This document shows, piece after piece, positions 37,899 through 48,001 of a stretch of DNA of 64,000 nucleotides. Under the pieces are notes generated by a model. That model was not told the origin of the DNA. It worked only from the letters and a program-made list of their open reading frames with translations, and searched no databases. The position numbers were made by a program, and so were the translations under genes. The stretch lies in assembly GCA_963663965.2 (NCBI GenBank), contig CAXXFK010000028.1:256001-320000 (forward strand). The letters run 5' to 3'. This DNA is from Sedimentisphaerales bacterium. Lineage in GTDB: Bacteria; Planctomycetota; Phycisphaerae; Sedimentisphaerales; SM23-30. How positions within the stretch are numbered: position 1 is the first letter of the stretch; each line of letters starts with the position of its first letter.

Positions 37899-40148
37899 TT
37901 AAGAACCCAAATCTACATTGCGGGACAATATCTGCCCGGCGTTGGTAACAGTCAGGGGAACAATCTTGTCCGGATAGCCGCTCATCATAAAACGCAGCGA
38001 CCAGTTGCCCGGCGGTACGTCCATAATCGCGTACCAGCCGCTGCCGTCGGTCACTACCGCTGAATCGGGCAGGCCGTCGATTGCGACCCAGGCATGATCC
38101 AATGGGCTACCGGCGGCGGTTACATTGCCTTCGACAATACTGGTCGTCGGGTGTGCCTTCCAGGCGTGGACCGGCGGATCAACCCACTGGGGATAAACCT
38201 GGGCCTTCAATTGGCTATAAAACTCGCTGCGCGTCTCGCCGGATACACTCCCGTTGACTTCGCTGCCCCAATCGTAGATATTCAAACCGGCGGCGCCCTG
38301 AGACCGGGCGTATAACAGTTGATCCAGACCGTCCTGAATATCGGTCTGCAGATAAGCCCCGGTGGAAATAATGCTGCCGCGTTTATAGTCGTTGGCCAGC
38401 GATAAATTACACCAGCCGGCAAACTGCCCGGGATGCAGGGCTTCAACTTTGTAACCCATCAAAGCGTTATAATCGATGATACCCAGTTGCAGCCAGCCGA
38501 TCCAGTCCTGGAACACCCCGGCATAAGGTGAAGAACTGTAATAATTGGTGTAGCCGCTGCCCCAGGCGGTAGAATCAACTGTGACCACCACCGACGGTTT
38601 TAGTTTCAGCGATTTGACATAGATTTTCTTGACCTGCTGGGTCACGCATTCCCGGCGCCAGTCGCAGAAATCGGGATCGCCGGTCGCGGGTGTTCCGGAC
38701 TTGCCGTAATACTGGTTGAAGCGGCGGATGCTCTCGGCATTATACCCCCAGGTATTGCCCGGATAACGGATATAGTCCAGGTTGACCCCGTCAATGTCAT
38801 ATTGACTCAGACAGTCCAACATCACCGCCACATTGTGATCCACCGCGCCGGGATGCCCCGGATCGAGCCACAGGTTGGTGCCGTCATACGGATTACTATC
38901 CTTGTCCAGCATGGTATATTCGGGATGGCGGGATAACACATGCCCGGAGTTCAGGGTGCCGCTCTTGGCGATCCGCTGGGCGACAAACCAGGCATGAACT
39001 TCGATATATTTCTGACCGCCGCTGGTATCGTGGGCAATCTGCAGCAGGTAACCCAGCGGATCAAAGGAAGACCCGCCCGAGATATTCGTGGCTCGCGGCT
39101 CCAGGTTGGAATGGTAATAGGCATCGCCGACTTTGCGGACTTCGACAATAACCGCGTTGATATTGTTTGACCGGCAGGTGGTGATTAACTCCTGACACTG
39201 GGAGGCGTTCAAAATGCTGGCATTCCAGGTGTCGGCCCAGATGCAGCGGTATTCGCCCTTTGGTCCGATCCGCCAGTTCCTGCTGAGAATATAGAAATCG
39301 TTCAGGGTTACCCCGTTGATCCCGTCCAGATCCGCGTTGGAGGGATCCGAAAGCTGTGGACCGGCCAACATCCCAATCTCTTCAGCGCTTAACGCCCGAC
39401 TGTAAATCCGGACATCGTCAATCAACCCGGAGAAACAACTATAGTCACCGAGTGACTTACCGATACCGATTTGCATAGCGCCGATGCAATACTGTAAGTT
39501 GCCGATATTGGAGCTGTCCGCGGCCACCTCCACGCCATCGACATACAAACGCCGGCGAGCGCCGTCCCAGCTAAAGCCGACATGATGCCATTGTCCGTCA
39601 GTTACCACTACCGTTGAGGTCAGGGGCGTTCCGTTGTTGTTCAGGCGGGTCATCAGCCGGCCATACGATGGATCGATTTGCAGCCATTCCCGCCCGGTCC
39701 CGCCGCCCACGGCGTCAAGCTGGGTGATGATGACTTCATTGGCGCCGCCTCCCTTGATCCAGGCGAAGACACTGAACTTACTGTACCACGGATTCAGGAG
39801 GTAATCGAAACCGATATAGTCGTTAACACCGTCCAACTCCAGCGCACCGCCGATTTTGCCGTTGCCCGGCTGCCAGCTGCCGCCGGTTAATACTCCATTT
39901 TGCCCCAATCCGGATGCATCGGTCACGACACTGCCCGATTCAGCATCCAGCGGATACCACAGGATCAGATCCGCCAATGAAATATCCTGACTGGTCAGCC
40001 ATTGGCTGGAAAAAACCGACAGGTCCGGTAAATTAACCTGGTTGTCGCCGTTCAGGTCTCCAATAATGTTGCCTGCCGGCAACAATGCTACGGGTAATGA
40101 CAAGAGTATTATGAACCATAACAGGGAATCGCGGTGATATCGAATCAT
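37899..40148 (-). CDS. Secreted LamG + GHL10 (DUF187-like) glycoside hydrolase with dockerin-like motifs
   Basis: GDLNGDNQVNLPDL, LamG WHHV...FSGLIDDVRIYSRALS, VRKVGDAYY, DPGHP, YDIDGVNLDYIRYP and QDW. C-terminal carboxypeptidase-regulatory-like domain. Confidence 0.8.
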   Translation of the reverse strand: MIRYHRDSLLWFIILLSLPVALLPAGNIIGDLNGDNQVNLPDLSVFSSQWLTSQDISLADLILWYPLDAESGSVVTDASGLGQNGVLTGGSWQPGNGKIGGALELDGVNDYIGFDYLLNPWYSKFSVFAWIKGGGANEVIITQLDAVGGGTGREWLQIDPSYGRLMTRLNNNGTPLTSTVVVTDGQWHHVGFSWDGARRRLYVDGVEVAADSSNIGNLQYCIGAMQIGIGKSLGDYSCFSGLIDDVRIYSRALSAEEIGMLAGPQLSDPSNADLDGINGVTLNDFYILSRNWRIGPKGEYRCIWADTWNASILNASQCQELITTCRSNNINAVIVEVRKVGDAYYHSNLEPRATNISGGSSFDPLGYLLQIAHDTSGGQKYIEVHAWFVAQRIAKSGTLNSGHVLSRHPEYTMLDKDSNPYDGTNLWLDPGHPGAVDHNVAVMLDCLSQYDIDGVNLDYIRYPGNTWGYNAESIRRFNQYYGKSGTPATGDPDFCDWRRECVTQQVKKIYVKSLKLKPSVVVTVDSTAWGSGYTNYYSSSPYAGVFQDWIGWLQLGIIDYNALMGYKVEALHPGQFAGWCNLSLANDYKRGSIISTGAYLQTDIQDGLDQLLYARSQGAAGLNIYDWGSEVNGSVSGETRSEFYSQLKAQVYPQWVDPPVHAWKAHPTTSIVEGNVTAAGSPLDHAWVAIDGLPDSAVVTDGSGWYAIMDVPPGNWSLRFMMSGYPDKIVPLTVTNAGQILSRNVDLGS

Positions 40149-40413
40149 ACTGGATCAGGTCTCTTTCCCCCGATTGCTAAAACGGGCGCTAAAAAAAAGG
40201 ATGGTTACGCTCCATCCCATTTATTCATACAAACTTACATACCATATCATTCATCTCGCGGCAATTTTCACTTCCTGATATCGCCATCCGGTAAGAAAGA
40301 CTCAGATTGGAAAACTATCAGCAGGGCGTCAAGGTAGGATTAGACTGCCGGAAGGGAAACAGGCCGGGAGAGGATGCCCTCTGCCCGGCCCAGAAATCTT
40401 GTGCGATATTGTG

Positions 40414-41079
40414 TTATGAACGACGGCGCCTGAGCAGACCCAGACCGCCCAAAGTGAATAGCGATATTGTCGCCGGTTCCGGTACGGCTTCGAACAAGAC
40501 ACCGTGCGAACGCTGAGAAACATAAGTCGGGCTGTCAGCTCGCTGGACGATGGTATAAGTCAGTCCGGCGGTCAATGGAATTTCTGAAGCTATTTTCAGC
40601 CAGCCATTATTGCCGCCGGGGGTACCGGTGCCTCCGGTGTTCATATCGACACTCGTCAATACGACCGGAGCGCCATCATTGGTAACCGTGATCGTACTCA
40701 GGGATGATACACCTGTTGATGCCGGCCAGGTAATATAGACATTATATTTACCGGAACCACCGCCGGGCAATCCGGATGCCAGATTACCATTGCCTAAATC
40801 AGTTCCGACTGCAATGGCAATATTATCGATATCCACACCGGGAGTATATGAATAGGTATATTCATCATAAGTAGCCCCATTACCGCCAAACGCACTTTTA
40901 CTGGCAGTAACGCCATAAGCAGAACTGGGAGTACTTGACCAGCTGACAGCAGTACCATCGCCGGTAAAGGCAAAATGATCGCTGGCCAGCCCGTCAGAAT
41001 AAGCCTCAATCATAAATGCTGCCTGCAGGCTGCCGCTCAGCAACAGAATCGGCATGATAATAGTACTCAGCACTTTCAA
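40414..41079 (-). CDS. PEP-CTERM protein
   Basis: Signal peptide and C-terminal VPEPATISLFTLGGLGLLRRRRS. Confidence 0.9.
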   Translation of the reverse strand: MKVLSTIIMPILLLSGSLQAAFMIEAYSDGLASDHFAFTGDGTAVSWSSTPSSAYGVTASKSAFGGNGATYDEYTYSYTPGVDIDNIAIAVGTDLGNGNLASGLPGGGSGKYNVYITWPASTGVSSLSTITVTNDGAPVVLTSVDMNTGGTGTPGGNNGWLKIASEIPLTAGLTYTIVQRADSPTYVSQRSHGVLFEAVPEPATISLFTLGGLGLLRRRRS

Positions 41080-41124
41080 GATAATAGTCCTTAAAATGAA
41101 ATTTGTACTAATATTAAGCTGATG

Positions 41125-41802
41125 CTATGAACGTCGCCGCCGGAGCAGGCCCAGCCCGCCCATGGCAAACAGCGCCATCGTCGCCGGTTCCGGGACAGCT
41201 TCCCACATGACACCATGAGAACGCTGGGATACATAAGTAGGAGCCGTGGTATCCGCTGTCTGAACGACAGTATAAGTTATTCCGGCGGTTAATGAAACTT
41301 CCGAAGCGATCTTTAACCAGGCATTATTACCACCGGGAGTTCCTGAGCCACCGGTATTTGTATTGTACTCCACAACGACCGGGGCGCCATCGCTGCTGAC
41401 GGTGATAATACTGTTTGCTGTCACATTGGTAGAAGTCGGCCAGGTAATATAAACATTATAAAGCCCGGTACCGCTACCTGTAAGACCGCTGGCCAGATCG
41501 CCGTTGCCCAGATCCAGGCCGGCCGCAATGGTTACATTGTCAAGGTCAACGCCCGGGGTGAATGAATAGGTGTATTCATCGGTCGTTGCCCCATTACCGC
41601 CAAAGGCGCTCCGGCCTGCCGTCGTTCCATAAGCGCCACTGACCGCCGTGGAAAAACTGGCTGCTGTTCCATCACCGGTAAAAGCAAAGTTACTCTTGGC
41701 CAGGCCATCTGCTTCCACCATAAAGGCTGCCTGCACAACGCAGGTCAGGGCCAGAACGGTCATGACCGTCACATACCATCCAAAATGTCTCTTATTCATC
41801 AC
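41125..41802 (-). CDS. PEP-CTERM protein (paralog)
   Basis: VPEPATMALFAMGGLGLLRRRRS, highly similar to the adjacent gene. Confidence 0.9.
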   Translation of the reverse strand: MMNKRHFGWYVTVMTVLALTCVVQAAFMVEADGLAKSNFAFTGDGTAASFSTAVSGAYGTTAGRSAFGGNGATTDEYTYSFTPGVDLDNVTIAAGLDLGNGDLASGLTGSGTGLYNVYITWPTSTNVTANSIITVSSDGAPVVVEYNTNTGGSGTPGGNNAWLKIASEVSLTAGITYTVVQTADTTAPTYVSQRSHGVMWEAVPEPATMALFAMGGLGLLRRRRS

Positions 41803-41882
41803 AGGTCCTCCACTAAAGGATTCATAAAACTAAAAACTGATCACAAAACCGGTCCACACATTGGACCGGTTGACAACTTCAA

Positions 41883-43412
41883 TTAAAAGTTAACGCAACC
41901 CTCTACGTAGGGTTGGGAACAATCCAGCCAGCCGGCTGCAAAGATGGCAAAATCACCCAAGTCTACTGAACAATCCTCGTTGAAATCATACGGTGAATAG
42001 CCCCAGACGCCGCATTCATTGTCGGCTACATCCACAATGACATCAGCCACTGCGACCCCAAGATATTCTGCCGCGGTGGTACTGATGCTGTGATGGATGG
42101 TGGAGGTGTGGTTGTTCTCGAAGCGGATGTCATCATCTACCGCGGTCACATAGACTTTCTGTGGAATGTACCAGTTCGCGGCAGTGAAGGTAATCTGAGC
42201 GGTCGCCGCCGGGGTGCCCGTTTCAGAAGCGCTGACCACTGTTTGCCCATCGGTTGTAATCATAATGTCAACATTGGCCGTGGGCGGAAATAACAATTTC
42301 ATCTCATAATAATCCATGGTGGAACCCTGCTCGTCAACCATGGTTGCATCGTTATGTTCGTTGATCTGAACGCCCGGCGCCTCGTTATCGATGATATCCA
42401 CGGTAATATAACAGAGCATCCCGCCGTTTAACACCGACAGCGGAGCATCGTTGGGATCGGCCAGATCGGTGGTCTGCCATAAAATAACCTGGTGGTCGGA
42501 CTCCACATCCTGGTCGTCGTAAGCTTTGACGACGACGGTTTTCTCCTGGGTCCAGTTTTCCGGCGTAAAGATCACGGTTGTCGTGTTCAGTGAGTCGTTC
42601 AGCCATACCTGATTCGGTTCTGAAGCGGTTACTGTATAAATGACGTCTCCCGGAGGAGCGCTGTCCATAACCAGGGTATAACTCTGGCCGACATTGCCTT
42701 CAATGACTGTCATTTCGCTGACGCTTGCCGACAACGGAAACGGAGTGTCCGCCACTTTCTCCCACAAGATGCCTTGAGCCCGTATTTTGGCGTAACCCGT
42801 CCCGGTCCCATTGGCCACCTCGGTCACGGTATAGGTGTTTCCGGCAGTAAGCGGGACATTCGATGCCAGTAATAACCATTGGTTATTGCCGATCTTGTTG
42901 CCGGGGTTCGGATTGCCGAAACCATTTACGTTCATATTGACGAAGGGAAGATAAATATCCTCATCGTCGTTGGCAATGGTAATATTAACGCCGCCGGTGT
43001 TGGTTGAATCGGACCATGGCCAGGTAATATAGACATTAAATAGTCCGGAACTGCATCCGGTCATGTTGGTCGACAGATCGCCATTGCCTAGGTTAACCCC
43101 CACGCCCGGCATGAAATTATCAATATCATATCCCGGTGTATAGGTAAATACAAAGGTGTCGCCCGCCACGGTATCAAACATACTTTTGGCGGCAGTTGTT
43201 CCTACAGCCGTACTGCGCGAACTTTCATAGGGACCTGCGGAACCGGTAAAATGATCATTCGCCAGTCCGCTGGAGTGAGCCTCAATGATATACGCCGCTT
43301 GTACATTACTGGCGCAGATCAATACCGCTGTTACAATCAACATTAATGTTACCCTGCATGCTTTCATCTTGCCTGCCTCCATAATTGAGAGGTCAACAGT
43401 ATATACCCACAC
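41883..43412 (-). CDS. Secreted protein: same N-terminal domain as the PEP-CTERM pair, two Calx-beta-like repeats, dockerin-like C-terminus
   Basis: YTPG...NLGNGDL...NVYITWP, FTPENW/FTAANW...A.DD repeats and DFNEDCSVDLGDF. Confidence 0.75.
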   Translation of the reverse strand: MWVYTVDLSIMEAGKMKACRVTLMLIVTAVLICASNVQAAYIIEAHSSGLANDHFTGSAGPYESSRSTAVGTTAAKSMFDTVAGDTFVFTYTPGYDIDNFMPGVGVNLGNGDLSTNMTGCSSGLFNVYITWPWSDSTNTGGVNITIANDDEDIYLPFVNMNVNGFGNPNPGNKIGNNQWLLLASNVPLTAGNTYTVTEVANGTGTGYAKIRAQGILWEKVADTPFPLSASVSEMTVIEGNVGQSYTLVMDSAPPGDVIYTVTASEPNQVWLNDSLNTTTVIFTPENWTQEKTVVVKAYDDQDVESDHQVILWQTTDLADPNDAPLSVLNGGMLCYITVDIIDNEAPGVQINEHNDATMVDEQGSTMDYYEMKLLFPPTANVDIMITTDGQTVVSASETGTPAATAQITFTAANWYIPQKVYVTAVDDDIRFENNHTSTIHHSISTTAAEYLGVAVADVIVDVADNECGVWGYSPYDFNEDCSVDLGDFAIFAAGWLDCSQPYVEGCVNF

Positions 43413-43892
43413 GCATCCTCTGTAGACAATATATACCTGTGTCAGAAACCAGAAGATACGAACATTAGACTATTTGTAACAAACCTCTATAAAATTGATT
43501 AGTTATAGCATAAACTAAATCCCTCAATTTGTCAATATAAAATAGTATTATGTTTTTCTTCAAGCCGGTAACGATGAATCGCCTTGCAATCAAACAAGTT
43601 ATGATCTTTTAAAATCGTATGATGCTTAATGAGTGACTGGTTACTTCCATGCACCCTAATCTCTTGTATTATCTCCTCATGGCCATCTGTACCGTTTTGC
43701 GTCGCACAATAAGCGGGATGTGTTGCATGGTTCTCTATCTTAGCTATATTCTCTAAATTGATAATTATTATGAATAAGGCTAACAATAATTTAATTGGAC
43801 ATGTTATCATTTTGTTGTATTCATTTATTGTATATTCTGAAAAGTAACCGTTTTAAGTCGTTTTTATAATAGTGTTCATTGCCAGGATAAAA

Positions 43893-44424
43893 ATGATGAA
43901 AAAGCTGGTTTTCCTGTCGTTGGTGTTGGTCGTTCTGACGGCTCCTGTTTTTGCCAATACGACTACGATTGAAGTGTATGCCTATAACCACTGGACCCAG
44001 TCACCCCTGTCAACGGGTCTTTTTAACTGTCGGTGATCGGTTGACTATTACCGCTGCACAAGATGATCTCTGGAGTGCGGGCGACAGTTCAGTGGATAAC
44101 CGGATTTCCAATGCTAATGGCCTTGATAATTTCCCGCTCTACACCTACGGAGGTTTCAGTGCGGAATATGGCTCACTGGTTGGCTGTATCGGTACCGGAA
44201 ATTACTTCAAAGTAGGTACCAGTTATGATGCCTGTGTATCGGATACCGGTGAACTGCAGCTGATGTACTGGGATTCCAATTTCGAAGACAACAGCGGATT
44301 GGTCTCAGCAATCACCACCAATATCAATATTTGTCCCAATCCTCCGTCTGTTCCCGCACCGGCCGCCCTGATTCTGGGGTCACTGGGTACCGGCCTGGTT
44401 GGCTGGATCTGTCGCAAAGCTTAA
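43893..44424 (+). CDS. PEP-CTERM-variant (PAP) protein with LecA/PA-IL-like domain, frameshift near 44020
   Basis: Signal peptide MMKKLVFLSLVLVVLTAPVFA in one frame. GDRLTITA...GSLVGCIG...GELQL..WD...DNSG...VPAPAALILGSLGTGLVGWI in the next. The break is at a T-run. Confidence 0.7.
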
Positions 44425-44461
44425 ACGCTCAACCGCGATTTGATTTTTTAATTTTCCAAAC

Positions 44462-44493
44462 AAAGCCGCCTGACCCTCAGGGCGGTTTTTTTT
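44462..44493 (+). terminator. Rho-independent terminator
   Basis: GCCGCCTGA/TCAGGGCGGT stem followed by a T run. Confidence 0.75.
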
Positions 44494-44757
44494 ATTGCAT
44501 TTATGCAAATTTGGGCAGCCCAGATGCCGGCCAGCTGCCAATTAGTCGGAATTATACCAAACAAACCCATTAGGGTGTAATTGACTGACAACAGAAATTG
44601 GCTTTTGCTCCACCCACTCCAAACCTCAATTTCACTTTCTATCTAACATTGGATAAAAAGCTAACCCATTTGTTTCAGCAAACTTATATCTAATGCGAAA
44701 GGAAGCCAATTTATCCGGTAACTGATCGCTTTCGCCTGGCTGAGGCTCTTTCTTTTC

Positions 44758-44786
44758 TTGACAGATTGATGCAATGAGATTAGCAT
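44758..44786 (+). promoter_or_regulatory. Putative sigma70 promoter
   Basis: TTGACA-17 nt-TAGCAT upstream of the DUF1080 gene. Confidence 0.45.
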
Positions 44787-44913
44787 TAATGGAGTTAATC
44801 AATGTGTTGGCTTTCCTGTGAGGTTAATAAATCCAAAAACTGATTAATAAAATAGCGTAATTCGTTTCACTGAATTTTAAGTTATATAAGGCAATTAATT
44901 GAAGGAGCCTGTT

Positions 44914-45813
44914 ATGAAATTTAGGTATATTCTCTTAACTGTTTGTATGGCATTAAGTTGCCTTTGTCTGGTTTCTTGTGATGACGATAATGAAATGGAG
45001 GGCGATAATCAACCGACAGTTGCTCAAAACGAAACGAATGAACAGGTTGTCGCACCCGCGCCGCAAACTGAAGCCAAACCCGAACCGGCTCCCGAACCAT
45101 GCTGTGATTTGTGCGAAGCAACCGGCGGATTGCTCTGCCGCAAGAATCTGGCCGTTTTGAACCAGGAAGCGTTGGATAAGCAGCTCAAGGATGGCGCCCT
45201 GACCAAAGTCAGTTTATTTGACGGCCAGACACTCGATGGCTGGACCAAACAGGATGGCAAGCCCATCGAAAAAGGCTGGGTAGTCGAAGATGGCACCATT
45301 TATCGCAATGATTCCGGTGGCAGCCTCCATACCGCCAAAGAATATACCAATTTCATTTTTGATATCGAATGGAAGATTTCGCCCAAAGGCAATTCCGGTA
45401 TCAAATATCGTTTTACCAAATACGGCAATAGCTGGAACGGGCCGGAATACCAGGTGCTCGATGATGCCGGCCATCCCGACGCCAAATTGGGTGACGGCAA
45501 GCGTAAGGTAGCCTGTCTCTATGATATCCTGGCTGCCGATACTTCCGGGGTTTATAAAGAACCCGGCGAATGGAACCAGACCCGAATTGTGGCTTACGGC
45601 CCGATTGTTCAGCATTGGCTCAATGGGAAAATGGTTTTGCAATATAATACAGATACCCAGGAATTTAAAGACGCCGTCCAGGCCAGCAAATTCAAAGATT
45701 ACCCCAATTATGCTGCCATTCAGACCGGCCGGATCCATTTGCAAGACCATAACGACCCCGTTTGGTACCGGAATATCAGTATGATTGAACTACCTGCTGG
45801 CGAACAACAATAA
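44914..45813 (+). CDS. DUF1080 / 3-keto-disaccharide hydrolase family lipoprotein
   Basis: Lipobox LVSC, SLFDGQTLDGW, GNSGIKY, GPEYQVLDD, PGEWN and LQDHNDPVWYRNI. AAGGAG RBS. Confidence 0.85.
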   Translation: MKFRYILLTVCMALSCLCLVSCDDDNEMEGDNQPTVAQNETNEQVVAPAPQTEAKPEPAPEPCCDLCEATGGLLCRKNLAVLNQEALDKQLKDGALTKVSLFDGQTLDGWTKQDGKPIEKGWVVEDGTIYRNDSGGSLHTAKEYTNFIFDIEWKISPKGNSGIKYRFTKYGNSWNGPEYQVLDDAGHPDAKLGDGKRKVACLYDILAADTSGVYKEPGEWNQTRIVAYGPIVQHWLNGKMVLQYNTDTQEFKDAVQASKFKDYPNYAAIQTGRIHLQDHNDPVWYRNISMIELPAGEQQ

Positions 45814-45846
45814 GCCACCCCTGTTTTCTGACGATAATCAGAAAGC

Positions 45847-46371
45847 ATGGAGAGTAATATAGCGCCAAATCCTTATAATATCACCGAATGGAATAACCAG
45901 TATTCCAGAACGGTCCTGATTGCGGACATGAAAATCAGCCGCAATCCCCGTGAAAGTCTGATAACCTATGGATTGGGTTCTTGCGTGGCGGTTATGCTGT
46001 ACGATCCCATCCGTAGGGTTGGGGGGATGTTACATTATTTGTTGCCGGTTGCCGATGATAAGGGTCTGAAAGCCAACCCGATGCGCTATGGTGATTCTGG
46101 GATTATCGGACTGTATCGATCCGTGATACGTGCCGGGGGGGAACATTGCCGACTGATTGTCAAAGCAGTGGGTGGCTCTACGATTAACCAGCCTGACAAT
46201 GAAAAAAGCATCGGTCGGCAGAATTGTGTGATCTATTACGAAATGCTGAAGGAATTAAGATTAAATTCAGGATTGAACGATCTGGGTGGCTTTTGCAGTC
46301 GTACCGCGATATTAAAGATTGAAGATGGCCAGGTCTTGGTTCGCAGCAAAGGGGTCCTGTCAACTTTATAA
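45847..46371 (+). CDS. cheD: Chemoreceptor glutamine deamidase
   Basis: TYGLGSCVAV, GGMLHYLLP, KAVGG, IGRQN and DLGG..SRT. Confidence 0.85.
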   Translation: MESNIAPNPYNITEWNNQYSRTVLIADMKISRNPRESLITYGLGSCVAVMLYDPIRRVGGMLHYLLPVADDKGLKANPMRYGDSGIIGLYRSVIRAGGEHCRLIVKAVGGSTINQPDNEKSIGRQNCVIYYEMLKELRLNSGLNDLGGFCSRTAILKIEDGQVLVRSKGVLSTL

Positions 46372-46383
46372 TCAGACCCCTGA

Positions 46384-47448
46384 TTATAAAATCAGCATGG
46401 CGTCGCCATAGCTGAAAAATCGATATTTTTCCTTGATGGCTATTTGGTATGCTTCTTTGATAAAGTCAAGACCGGCAAAAGCGCTCACCAGCGCCAGTAA
46501 AGTCGAGCGGGGCAGATGAAAGTTGGTGATCAGAACATCCGTTGCCTTGAATTCATATCCCGGTTTGATAAAGATATCCGTTTCGCCCTGACCGGCGTTG
46601 ATTGAACCGCTCTGGGCGATGGATTCCAGCGTCCGAACGCTGGTAGTCCCCACCGGAACAATCCGCCCTTTAATATTCCGGGTTTGATTGATAATCCCGG
46701 CATTACGCTGGTTCAGTGCATACCATTCCGAATGCATGATATGTTCGTTAAGATTATCTACGGTAACCGGTCGAAATGTGCCCACACCGACATGCAGGGT
46801 TACTTCTGCCCGTTGAATGCCTAGTTGCTCCAGTCTGGTTAACAGTTCGGGAGTAAAATGTAATCCGGCGGTTGGCGCCGCGACCGATCCGGCGACACTG
46901 GCATAGACCGTCTGGTAACGGTATCGGTCATTTTCGTCAGTTATAAGATCCCGTTCCCGGTGAATATAAGGGGGCAGGGGGGTCATGCCGTAACGGTTAA
47001 GCAGATCCAGATGGTGCATGGGATGAACCGGACTGATCAGCCAGTGCCCGTCACCCAGTCGCTCAATGGCTTTGATCTCGATAGTGGGTGTTCCTTTGCT
47101 CTGCTCGATAAAAGCCGGTTCTAATAGCAGAACTTCTCCAGGTTTGACCTTGCCGGCGCCTTTAAGCAGGGTTACCCAGTTCCTTTGTTCATCCAGATGT
47201 AAAAACAGCCCTTCCAGTTTACCGCCTGTTTGACGTTTCATGAAAAATCGGGCTGGAATAACCTGAGTATTGTTTAAGACCAGGCAGTCATTAGGACATA
47301 AATAGGCTTCGATGTCTCGAAAATGACGGTGTTCAATTTGACCCTTGTTTCGATGTAAAACCATCAGCCGTGAACTACTACGATCAACCGTCGCCTGCTG
47401 AGCGATCAATTCTTCCGGTAAGTAAAAATCCAGTTCATCAGTTCTCAT
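46384..47448 (-). CDS. queA: S-adenosylmethionine:tRNA ribosyltransferase-isomerase
   Basis: LPEELIAQ, PLPPYI, YQTVYA, AAPTAGLHF, VGTTSVRTLE, TNFHLPRSTL and YRFFSYGDAM. Confidence 0.97.
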   Translation of the reverse strand: MRTDELDFYLPEELIAQQATVDRSSSRLMVLHRNKGQIEHRHFRDIEAYLCPNDCLVLNNTQVIPARFFMKRQTGGKLEGLFLHLDEQRNWVTLLKGAGKVKPGEVLLLEPAFIEQSKGTPTIEIKAIERLGDGHWLISPVHPMHHLDLLNRYGMTPLPPYIHRERDLITDENDRYRYQTVYASVAGSVAAPTAGLHFTPELLTRLEQLGIQRAEVTLHVGVGTFRPVTVDNLNEHIMHSEWYALNQRNAGIINQTRNIKGRIVPVGTTSVRTLESIAQSGSINAGQGETDIFIKPGYEFKATDVLITNFHLPRSTLLALVSAFAGLDFIKEAYQIAIKEKYRFFSYGDAMLIL

Positions 47449-47698
47449 ATCCGGAGGTTATCAGACCAGAGGTTACGAGCAAAGAATTTTCTGAAAAAAA
47501 AATTCAATTCTCCGTTTCAGTTTAAAGCCGTTTAAATAAGTTTTTGCGGTTTTGCCGGTTATTCAGGTTATTAGGCTCGATAAAGTTTTAAGTTTTAATA
47601 GTCGAAAGAAAATGTGTAACGGGGATAGTGGGAAACGCGAAACCCGGCCTTAAAATTGAAACATGTGTAGATAACCCACTAGATAAACGAGTATTATA

Positions 47699-47896
47699 AT
47701 GGCGATCCGCATAGATTATGAGCAATTGGTTCAAAGCATTCAGTCGATGTCTCGAGAAGATGTGACCAGCGAAATTCTCCGTTTCAATGGCCGGTTCCGT
47801 CTGGACTTCACCGAGGAATATCTTAATCAGATATCCGTCGATCGATTACGCCATATTCTGCTGGCAGCCAAGATGCAACATTATCATATTAATTGA
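47699..47896 (+). CDS. Small hypothetical protein
   Basis: 65-aa ORF (FRLDFTEEYL...DRLRHILLAA) followed by a terminator. Confidence 0.55.
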   Translation: MAIRIDYEQLVQSIQSMSREDVTSEILRFNGRFRLDFTEEYLNQISVDRLRHILLAAKMQHYHIN

Positions 47897-47946
47897 AGCT
47901 GAAGTTGATCTGCTGCCAGGTATATTTTATTAACATTATCGGATGT

Positions 47947-47991
47947 AAAACAGCCCCGTAAGTTTGGTGACTGACGGGGCTGTATTTTTTG
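47947..47991. terminator. Bidirectional terminator
   Basis: ACAGCCCCGT/ACGGGGCTGT stem with A and T runs, between convergent genes. Confidence 0.7.
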
Positions 47992-48001
47992 CGATTTTTT
48001 T

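Noticed and set aside
47600..47660. c-di-GMP-I riboswitch-like words (GGGAAACGCGAAACCCGGCCTTAAA)
   Set aside because: No GCAAA-opened P2 stem with a GNRA loop could be built.
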